Source: Lingula anatina (lineage: Eukaryota; Animalia; Brachiopoda). From it: DNA of 64,000 nucleotides. The notes under the pieces were generated by a model. It was not told the origin of the DNA. It made no database searches and was given only the letters and a program-made list of their open reading frames with translations. Position 1 is the first letter of the stretch. Every line of letters starts with the position of its first letter. The stretch lies in assembly GCA_051362555.1 (NCBI GenBank), contig CM120640.1, forward strand, positions 53,980,788-54,044,787, read 5' to 3'. This document shows positions 36,601-48,600 of this stretch, one piece after another. A program made the position numbers and the translations under genes.

Positions 36601-39600
36601 AAAAGACTGGTCAGCTAGGGGCAAAAGACTGATTCCAACCATATCTTCATAAGATGAATCAGACAGTATGTACTTAAGTAGAGACATCTTCTTTTCATAT
36701 GGAAGACCATCTACATAAGGTGACACACTAGGTTTCTTGAGAGCAATTCGCACATTTCTTGGCTGAATCTTTGCTACTGCCAAGTTGTCTCTCATCAGTG
36801 CATCTTCTATGTGTGAGGGGACTGTGCAAACTTTTGCTCCACTTTGCCTGAGAATGTTCAAAATTGTTATTTGATCTTCATCATTGTCAACCTTGGAGCA
36901 CAAATCATTGAACAAGACTTCACTGGCATATTCCCATGTGCCAAAAGACTGATTACTGTTGACACCAGCTGTTGGGCTGTGAAATAATTGACTTGATAGA
37001 GTCAATCTGTACATACTTTTCACCATTTCTTCAAATTTTGGATCAATTGCACTGTATGCTGGCATTGCATCATAAAAGCACACTGGTGAAATGCATTTCT
37101 TAGTGGCAAAACTGAGGAGTTCAGCATATGCCTTGGAAACTGCTTCTTCCATAAGACAGATGTTCCACAACAGAGCTTTATCAGTCAGGGTTGACTTTTC
37201 TTGATCTGCAGTGGGCCATTTAAGATGTCTGCGATTCTGACTTAGAGCAAAGAACCCATTCACATGGACTGGTAGACCAGTTATGCTTTTTGTTTCCAGT
37301 GGAAGTGGTAGGAAACAGAAGAGATGACCTTTTGGTTGTTGGGGTCTCTGCTTAACTTGTTCAAATGGCTCACCTTTGGTCTCACAGCACATAGCAACAG
37401 CCACCCATGGAAGAAAACCCAGTTTTGAATCATTTGCCAGTTCTTTAAACCGTGCACTCACTTGGCCTCCTGAAAAGTGGTTTGTTAACATCCATTTGCT
37501 TGTTGAAACAGATGTTGGGAAAGTTATGTCATGAGATAGGTTGGCCACATTTAAATGACTGGGACTTGCCCTGGCTGATCCCCGCATATATTTTGTCTCT
37601 GTGAATTGGAGCTCATATGTCACTTGGACAGCATTCTCTGGCCACTTATTGGTTTGTCGCAGCTGATCAATTTTTGTCAAAAACTTTTGACGCTCTGATC
37701 TCACAGCATCAATTTTATCGATTACTAAACTGAAAATTAACCTAGGTTTTTCATCTTCTTCCCCTCTTTCATACAATTCAATGGTTTCCAGTGATGACAG
37801 GAATAGAAGGTTCATATATGAACATGTCATGAAAGATTTGAACAAACTGTTTATTTTTTCAGGTGCATATGTCTCTTCTGATAATTCTGAAAAGAATTCA
37901 TCATTTTGTTCTTTTGCTCTGAGTGGAAATCGAAACAATGTCCCATTATAAAATCCATCACTAAATGTTTTCTTGCTGCACTCAAAAATTCCCATAAATG
38001 GTTCAAATTGATCACTAAGAGTAGATATTGTCTGTCTGTCCTTCTTCAAGTGCCACTGTTTTCCTGTTGTTCTGGAACCAAAGAATCTTTCATGTGGATC
38101 TAAGAATCCTATCTTGTCTCCACTTATCACACTTGGTAAATCTGAAAATAGAAAACAGTAAATATATGATATAAAACTCAATTTTGAATATCACTTATGT
38201 GCTTAACTAATGAATTCACATATTTTATAAAAGGCCTAATTTTTATAGGGAGCATTCACATCGAGGAGAGCTGAGGTCTAGTAAGGCTGCGACCTAAATA
38301 TGGCGGACCTACATGAAAAGAAGACCGCTTAATCCATTAATGGTCTTTCTGCCTCTCACACACTTCCCCACGTGTCGTCCCAGCAGGAGCACATTAATTA
38401 AACCTTGGTTCAATTCAACCGGTCGAGGGACGATGCGTGGGGAGCCATGTGAGAGGCAGAGAGACCATTACAGGATTAAGCGGTTTCCCTTAAGACTTTT
38501 GTTACAGTAATGCATAACAAAATTAACCTTTAGAAAAGCTTTAAATTGTAGAAACATTAAACCAACAACAATTGTAATCAATGTTTATATAATGTGAAAG
38601 GATATTCTTTTTGAAAAGTTTTTAACCGTGTGTTTATAGAAAGCCAAGATAAGCCCACCCAATCCATTTTAAAAAGGCGCTCTATTGCTTATGAAACTAG
38701 GAACCATCTTCCCCTCATGCTATTTCTTTTCTTTTTCCGATTCAGGTCCTTTGACAATAAAATTAATGTGAAAAATGCATGTGAAATCAAAAAATTTTTT
38801 TTTGCCACAAAGCCTGACCAAATGTCACCATATAGTTTCAATCGATACACAACTTGGAGAAATCCCAAGGGACATAGTTTCATTTTTCTTCAAACATGAT
38901 ATTTTAACATATTTTCTTTCTTTCTGTGCGGTGAATCCACACTCCCTTCAAATGTAACTAAGTAATTAATATACCATGTTATATAATATGTAAATAGTAT
39001 CCAACTACATATTGTAAATTATTTGATGTATATCTGCAAATATCTATATATAAGCTCATATAAAGTAGCTGTAACAAAATTTTCACAGTAAAGACTCCCT
39101 TGTTTCACCAAATGCAAGGTTTAATTAGTGTACCCAACTTAATTACAGTTCAAAGGGAGGGAGAGGGTTACACCATTCAATTGTTCATTTGAAGTGTGCA
39201 TGCACTCTGTCAATAAATAAACAGTTTTCATTACTGATACCTGTCATGTGAAAGACGGACTTGAATCCCAATCCAAATTTCCCTACTTTCAGTGGGTCAT
39301 CTTTTTTGCTACTATTATGAATGGCTCCTATTCTATCCCAGTCAGCATCACCAAAAGTTGCATCATTGTAGGCATACAGAGCTGGACCCTAAATTAAGAA
39401 TGAAAAGGATAATTTAACAAATTTTGATCAATACAAGACCTAGTTTTGGCCACAGTCCATCCTGGAAAGCCTTGCACAAAGTGTGAGATTATGAACATGA
39501 AATACAGCGCCTGTGCTTTGTTTTTGATAACAAGTGGTGAGTATTACTGTTTATATCTATTACTATTTTTAAGTACAGACACAGCAATAAGCATCCACCA

Positions 39601-42600
39601 CAGCCAAATAGCCTTTATGGCAAAAGCGGGGAAAGGGGGATGGCCCCCAAGTACAGTAATGTACCATGACTGGGGTCGCGCTAGACTATGTTTATAGCAG
39701 ACTATGTTTATAATACAATCTAATTACAGCAAGGTCAATTTACCATATAAAGAAATTGACCCATAACGCGATGCCGATTTAACCCAATAGTGTTGCGCAT
39801 GTGATCGGTTAGTTTCTTAAAGCGTGTTCAGTGTGTGTTATGAATAATTATGGCGGGTGCAAGATCTAAAGAAAAACTTTCTGATATGAAGAAGATATTG
39901 CTCTGAGAAATTTATTTTAAGTACAGAAGGAAATGAGTAACTTTGTTGTGTAGGGGTTGGACAGGTTAAAGGTTTATTTGAAGAAGCCAGTGAGGATCTT
40001 CTCACAGCACAAACTCCTCGAGATGACACGTGGAAAAGATGGTATGTACCGTGCAATCTTGTGAAAATTAACTTTCCCTCATTGACATAACTATTACAAA
40101 TCGTAACAAGCACTTCCAGTCCCACAACTGAAAAATCAATACTAGAAGGGGCTGGTATCATTGTAGTTTTAACTGTAACTAGTCTGTTGTCTAGACAACT
40201 ACCTGTCATCAAGTATCTGAGAGTAGATTTAACTGAAAAATCAATAAACTGGTACCAGCCGTGACTCATGTAAGTTGCATTTGCTGTATTGACTTGGGGC
40301 TCAGACTAAACTGAATTTTAGACCCCATTCCCAGAGATTAATTCGATCCAAACTAGATCGACCTAACTCCCTGGGGTTCACGCTAAATAGCTGTCAGCCG
40401 AGCGGGCACGAAAGTTAATTACCCCCTTAGAGCTTGTAGTAGGCGGGACGGACATTTAAGCCGGATTATCTGACAGTAATCTAGTAAGACTCCCCACCGG
40501 GATAGATTGATCTAAAGTCTATGGGAATGCGCCCTTAAGCTTAATGTTAAACCAAAAGTTTTTATTGCCCAAAATTATGTCACTTTATTATTTTAAGCAG
40601 GGATGAGGTTTTTCCAACCATTTGTGGATTTCCGACTTTTTGGGGTGGGGCCAAAATAGCATACCTGAGATGCAGATCTTAAATAAAAATGGAGGGGAGT
40701 GTGACGTATCCACTGACGAGACATTGCTTTGGCAGTTGGAATCTGAACTCTTTTGAACTTTGCAATACATAAAAATGAATATTTCTCATCTAATACTAAT
40801 GGAAGAGGATGGAGTCAAAACCATTTTGGAAACATCAATTTGAGCACTTGCATCATTTATCTTTTACATCTTTCGGATGACGTATGTGTTACATGTATAT
40901 ACTACAAGAAGCGGAACAATTACAAAAGAAGGAAAGATTCATTAGATTTTAAATCTTGTTTGCATCAACATTGTGAAAAAATGCATTTAAAATGGAATAA
41001 ATATTGGTTTAAATTCCTTATATTGTCTTTTTTTTGGGCTAAAAATATTATAAGTTGGCTAAAAAATTTTGATTTGGCTAAATTTTTTCAGAAGTTTGGC
41101 TAAAGCAAAAAAAAAAAAAATCCCAGCACTACCCCAGCATGAATTTTGAACGGCTCCTAAATTCCGATCGATCTTAAAACCAGATGTCTGGAGATTTTTA
41201 TTGACCATGAATTTTAAGCAGTAAGCAGTCTTGCACGATCATGATTTTCATGAATTTAGTACACCTCAGTGAGTGTATATATGTAAGAAAATTGGAAGAG
41301 TGCCAACAAGATATGTCTATCGGCACAGGTAGGCTCCGTAGATTGCCTTTTCTCAATATGTTTTAATATGACATGATTTTTAAATTAAAATACTTAAAGT
41401 AATTAAAAGTTACACTGAATTTCGTTTGAGTACCAGTTGGAATTTTTTGATAGCAAGCCTTGCAAGTTGAAAACAACTGATCTCAGACTGGTAGAAAAAA
41501 GTATCTCAATTTGGTTGATTTCAGTTGACACATTAAAATTCAAATAGGGCGTATATAGGTCACATAACTGGTTTAAGTCCACTACAGCTATCGGTTTCAA
41601 ATATAAGTGACCGGGCATTGTTTACAACAAAAACTTGTCCCACTTATGAAGCGCATCATGAAAATGATCGTAGGTGAGGGAAATAAACAGATAGAAATTA
41701 TAAATTGTTGTCTGTTTGAATCTCAAGTAATGTTAGCACATATTGTAAACAGCAAAATAATATCCCATTCACACTGCAGTTGCAAAAATGCGCATTTCTA
41801 TAATCTGAATTTTTCATGAGAAATTTGATTCGGTTTTGCGTTCACACTGTAAAGAGGAAACCGCATCGGCAAAGCCAAAATCCAGGTGAAACTTCCTGCA
41901 TAAACAACTGCGCATGCGCTGCATCAAGCAGTACAAAATATGGTGGCAATTACTACATGTTTATTTCTCTGGAATTTTTTCCGCTTTTTTCTTGGGAAAA
42001 AAACGTTGTAAAACAAAACAAAGAATATTTGGACAACCCCGCGTATTTGGCACACATAGTAGGCTTTCTGAGAAAAGTATGTTTCCCGCCATGTACCGCA
42101 CATGTGCAAAGACATCTCTGCACTATTTACTTCCGGCCACTGATACAAATCGCGCTTAGAAATCCACCTCGCTTGCAGGATTTTGAAAATTCGCATTACA
42201 GAAATCCTCTTGCGTTCACACTACTGCATTTATTTGAATTGTGACCTAATTCGCAACTTATACGGATAACTGAGCGTAGTGTGAATGGGGTAAAAGATTT
42301 CAAAAGGAGGATAAAATGTGATTGAAACTTGCAGCTTATCTTCAATTCTTGCATGACACTTTGGGTAAAATGCAATACTTCCGGTAAGATGGACGTTTTG
42401 GCAGATGCCCCAAACAATCCGACGATATTGAAGGTTTCCATTGCTATATTTTAATCAATTCAACCAAAATGACATTTCCATGAAATTAATTAATTAATCT
42501 TGGTCAAATTGTTTGGCATATTACCGTAGTGTTGTTTTTTAAAAGCAATTCTTGCAACTAGAAACTAGTGTAATGTTCTTCAAAAAGATTCTGCTTAGAA

Positions 42601-45600
42601 CTTAGAATTGTTTCTGTAGAGGAGAACTGGAGTTGACGGAGGGAGAGGCGATTAGCGTGTACCACAACCAGGTAGCTTTCCTTTGTCATAGTTTAATATT
42701 AAATTACAGTCACTTGACATTAAATATTATTTTTTTCCAAATCATTTTTCCTCCGTTTTTTTCCTTTTCTGCTGAAAGACAAATGAAAACAAGGATTAAA
42801 ATTGTGCTTTAATAACTTTGAATAATCTCTTTTATATTATTCTGACATGCTCATTAATTGAATCCACCAGAGAAGCAAACAACTAGAGGATCCAATAGGT
42901 GATATCCAGCTGGAATAAGCGCATTCATATGGAAAAGCAAAAAAAAAAGGGATACCACCTCCAGCGTTGTGCTTGACAAGCTCTACAAAACGCAGTAAAT
43001 AAAAGTTTTCCATATTTTTGTTGGAAATTACCATTTAAAACAATATCATGGGGAAAAACAATATCATGGGGTTTAAATCCAAATCTGTGAAGTGCAGTTC
43101 ATGGCAAAAAGTAAGTCAAAGGTCAATTTCAAGTTCACAGTTAGATTGCCAGTATAGGACTTCCTATTCAAGTTCAATAGTAACTGGGGGCCTAACTGTG
43201 CCAGTTTTGGAGACACAAGGGACTAAAATGGGTGTATTTTTGCTAATTTTGGAGGTACAGTAATGTGCAGGGATCTCTCGAGGCTGCGTTTTTGCGCCAT
43301 TGGCACGCACATATTTGTAATGACGCATTTTTTCAATAGCAGTGCGTCCCAAGGGCGCATCAAAAATAAATAAAATTAATTACAGTAAAAAACGGAGTTT
43401 GTTTGTTCAACATATTTTAAACTGTTAAAATTGTGTTTTTTTAAACCCATCATAATTTTACTAAACTTGGAACAAGTGAGTCGGAAAAACCTAACGTCAA
43501 AGTTCTAGTCTCGTCTACTGCACGCGTTCTCTGCATGGAGAGTACCTTCTCTGCGTGGAGAGTATACCGGAAGTTCAGAGATGGCCGCGCCAAAAGCAAA
43601 GCAGCCGAAGCTTTCGTTTTTTGGTAATGTACCAGATAGGGAGCCTCCACTAACTTACGTTAGGAAGTTTCAGCAAAGTTGACTGCAGAGATTCCCGTGG
43701 ATGCGCTTCGACAAGGAAAAATCAACCATGTGGTGTGCACAATGCAAAAAGCCGGACAAACGTAATACCATGGCCCTGTGGATATCATCCAACTTTCGCA
43801 CCCGCCACGTTGGAATGACCGACCTTAAATAAATTTATTCTGATTCAAAGTCATTTAAAAAACGACTGATAAGTGTTAACAAGTGTGCAGCCTACTTAAG
43901 AGATGTACGCATTCGTATGTAGGGAGTTGAAGTTATTTTGGTACTTTTGTAGTATACCCCCCCCCCCCACTGTGTAACTTTCTGTAACTCACTTTTCAAA
44001 CAGTTTTTTTTTTACATTTTTTTTGTTCATCTATGTCAAAGCTGTTGAAATAAAATGCTTTTGTAATTACCTGTGGTCTTTTTATTAGTTTTAATCACGT
44101 TTAATCCAGCCCATTGAAATACAAAGTGATATTCTACAATGCACTCGCAGTCATTATTTTGAGTTTCTTGTGTATTTGGCCTTGAGCAAAGTACTACGTT
44201 TTTGGTGGGATAAGCAGTCAATTAACACTATAATTATGTCTTTCATTTCTATTTGTATTGTATTGGATAAAATTTTGTAGTTTATTGCTAAGTTAATGTA
44301 CCGCATGATATAGAAATTATTATGCCAAGTAATGGGATTGCATTTCAGTCATTTTAGTTTGAGTATCACTGATTGTTATTATGGACAAAATGATTAGTGA
44401 ATTTTAAAGTTTCTAAGTATATATATTATGTGATTTATAAAGTAGTAGGCAGCATTACTGAATTGCAATGCTTATTTTAACAGTTACCAAAGGAACAGGA
44501 GTACATGAGCACAGCAACTACTAAAGCCCTGAACTTGCAAGAGAAGGCCATCATGACAGCGATGACAGCAGTGGTTTGGATGACCAAGGAGTGTATTCCA
44601 CTTTCCAGGACTGTTCTTTAATGAACTTTCTCCAAGCTGTAGAAGTTCCAGATATAGGTCAGCTGAAGTGCTGCAGTGCAGTCTCATACTGCAGTTACAA
44701 TGCTGCAACTGACATTCTTGATGTTTAATCTTGTTTGATTGATGAGAACATTACATAACAGAATCACCAGTCATTGCTGTCTTATGTGATGAAAGTGGAG
44801 ATATTTTAGCTCATCATAAATTGGTAATCAGTTGCAGAGTAGTTGATCCACTAATTTAGCCCCAAAAAACTTTTTTTAAAGACTTGTATATTTCTGATGG
44901 AACTGGAAAGGGGATATTTACAGATATAAAGATACACCTGACATCCAGGGGAGTAAATCAGAATATAATTTTCTATTAAAAGTTATTTCATGAACACTGT
45001 TACACACGTGCATAAGCTGGTGTTGCTAAAATGTTGTCATGGGCTTTGTTATATAGAACTAAAAAAGAATAAAAAATAATAACTAGTTATTTTTGTCTAG
45101 ATGTTTTATTTTGATTATTTATATATTGAGAATACTTCTCAGATTTTATTTTAAAAAAACAATCTTTCATATAAATTATAATTATTAATATAAATTATAA
45201 ATGCAATTAATAATGGTCACAATTAAATTATACTGACTGTTAGTGACATTTTAAATTTAATGCCCAAGCATGCACTGAATGACTAGGCACAATGTTTCGC
45301 AAAATGGCACACTTTTCAATCTTGAGTGTGCCCAAATGGCACACTTGACCTTCAACCTAGGGAGATCCCTGAATGTGCCATAAATTTCATACAAAAGAAA
45401 TTAATTGAAATAACAAAAAGATTGTTTTAGTCGAAATTCATGAAATGGGAGGTGCTGAGAAATTCCAGATGTTTGAATTTCATGGAATTCTGTCATTTTT
45501 GACTGGAAGTTGTCTGTCCCTGGCTAAGCCTTATGTTATCTTATCCTGACCTTTGAAATTTACGGCATATTACTGTATTTCACATTTTAATTTTACCACC

Positions 45601-48600
45601 ACGTTGTACTTTTTGATATTTCACAACTCGTAAACCATATGGAAACCAAAAAAAAAAAAAAAAAAAACGGACACCACTTCCAGTGTTAGGCTTGACAAGC
45701 TCTACAAAATGCAAAAAACAAGAGGGCTCTAGCATTTATGGTTCCTGAATTAGGAAGAGTTTTCAGTTTTGGCATCTTATGGCCGTTTCTCCCATGAAAG
45801 TGCACCCAAACTCATGAAGATGAAAGATGGCCCTAAGGGTAACACGTGCCCATTATATTATAGGTTAGGTCTGTGTATAGTTTCTGAAAATCGGCAGAAA
45901 TAATTTTTTTTTTTTGTAAAAAATTCTCATTTTTAGAAAATTTAGCATTTAATTTTGCAAATTTTGGACAAGGGGGCATTGCAACTAGCCCCACATCTAG
46001 CCCCCAAACTGACAAAGCCCACAATTAATATACGGGGATCGAGTTGAGACTATATCTGACCTAAATCCAAGAGATGGGTATGCAGGATCTTGTAGTCTAG
46101 GAGGAGAAGTGGTAACAGTGACTTGGCAGCAGAGCCGCAGGAGTCGGCAGAACATGCGGGTTGGGACTAAAACCACGCTGGTGGTGCAAAAATACATTGC
46201 CTATTCTAAGTCATACGACAACTATGAAAAGCGATAATTTGGATCTCTGTGTTTTCCAAATAATGATCTGTAAAAAGTTACACGTCCCACAAAGGAGCCT
46301 CATGTCAGTGTCTAGTCACAGCAACTATCGCTGTAAGCCTGACCTAATCTGGTTGCTAATAGGGCTCTCAAGCAGCAAAGCATTCCTTGGGAGGTTTTTT
46401 AGAGTTTAATCTGGAATAACATTCCAGGCATTGGTCAAAACTTTTCCAATTTGGTTCAGTTGTGTTGTAGGACAAGTAGGCCATTCATTCGGTGAGTAAT
46501 GACCTACCTACAAATTGTCTATGTGAATCAAATCTGGTGATCTTAATTGCCCAGGTAGCTGCTCGTTCCCTTGGTTCTGTAAGTTATGTGCTATTATAAG
46601 TGCTCCGTGTGAACCAGCATTTTCATTGTGCAACCTAAAATTGTTCCTAAAACTTGTGCCGTAAATTATCAAATGTTGGTCAAGTGGTCCCCAGATTATT
46701 CCTTTATTTGGTGTGGTTCAGGTTTCCATTGATGACTACCATTGGTGTTTTGACACCAATGTGGTATCCACTCCAAATACTGACCCTATCAATGACCTTA
46801 ATCACTTTGAGATGCATCACATGTTCGTTGTATATGCCTCTTCAGGACGTCAGTAAACTCTGTTTCGACTAGTTGAGCAGAGCAGGTGAAATCTGACCTC
46901 GATAAAGAAAGCCATGCAGTTTCAATTTTCTACCCAGTAATGGTCATGGTCCCCAATTCATTAGAAAGACAGATGATGATGATTTGCTGTTTACAGTGGC
47001 TTCTTCAGAGGTTATGAGGTATTTTTACCTGCTAAAACCAGTCTGGTGTTTACTAAGGGCCTTGAAAATTGCTCTCTGGTGGCAATTTGCCCAACATTCT
47101 GAATGGAATGGGTGGATTTTGTTAAGTTGAAACAGCATATCAGGGATCTTCCTGGGTCAAAATCCTGTTGGATCGATGCAGGCATGGGAACCCAGTCTTA
47201 GAGTACATAAAACCATCGAAACTGTCTACGGTAAAGTCTTGAAAATTTCGTCGCTAAAAAAATAATTAATATTTTTAATTGTGTTAAACCGACTAATTTT
47301 TCAAAATTACCTCTCCCCGACTCCTGGGTATGACGAAATTTTCAAAAATCCGGCCTTTGGGCTTTTATCCTTAGCGACTGTTATCTTTGACCCTCCTATA
47401 TTTTGGGATATTTATTACTACTTCCCAAGTCATTTTCTGGTGGTAAATAATAATCTATTTATTAGTGCATCTCGATTAAGTTGTACTTAACTTACTGTAC
47501 CCGAAAACATGTTGAGAATTATCTTCTCGGTAAGAAACATACCTCCTGATATAGGAGAAGGATCAAAATAAGCCTAATTGCAACCTTGCATCATAAACTG
47601 GACGCGACATATTAAATTAAATTACGCACTTGGGAACATTTGTTGCATGCAGGGCTTTTCCCAGGATTGAGTGTCAGGCCTTGTAAAATTACCATCTGTA
47701 ACTTCCTAAAAATTTACAGGGAGTTAAAATAATGATCTCCCGTTGACGACATTCTGCAATTTTTAAAAGTTCCTTGAACTTATATGAAAACTGCATTTTA
47801 TTATTACTTACATCGCGAACAATCTCCCGATGAAGATATGAAAATTGCCTTTTCGTCTAGCAAAGATCGCGAACGATCTCCCTCTGATACGATCTTACGC
47901 GAACAAAGTCCTGAGAATATTGCGCGAATGATTCTTCGCCGAAGATATACCATGAGCGGGGCAGGGGGCGGATTAAAGATAAAATGGAAATGAATATTTT
48001 TTAAAAATCCAAAGTGTGTGTGTGTGTGTGTGGGGGGGGGGGGGGGTTAAATAATGATCTCCCGCTGACGATCTTTCGCGAACGAAGTTCCCAAAATCCC
48101 TTAGACTAATATGAAAATAGCATTTCACTCTTGCTTACATCGCGATCGATCTCCCGATGATAATATGAAAATTGCCTTTTCGTCTCACTCGGATTGCGAG
48201 CGATCTCCCTCTGACGATTTTACGCGAACAAAGTCCTGACGATATTACGCAAACGATTCTTCGCCGAAGATATGCCGTGAGCGGGGAAGGGGGGGGGTTA
48301 AAGATAAAACTAAATATATATATTATTTATAATATTCAAAGGGGGAGGCGGGGTTAAAATAATGATCTCCCTCTGACGATCGTTCGCAAACTAAGTTCCT
48401 TGAACTAATATGAAAACTGCATTTTATTATTGCTTACATCGCGAATAATCTCCCGATGAAGATATGAAAATTGCCTTTACGTCAAGCTAGGATCGCGAAC
48501 GTTCTCCCTCTGATTTGATCTTACGCGAACAAAGTCCTGAGGAACGTACGCGAACGATTCTCCGCCAAAGATATACCGTGAGCGGGGGAAGGGGCGGATT

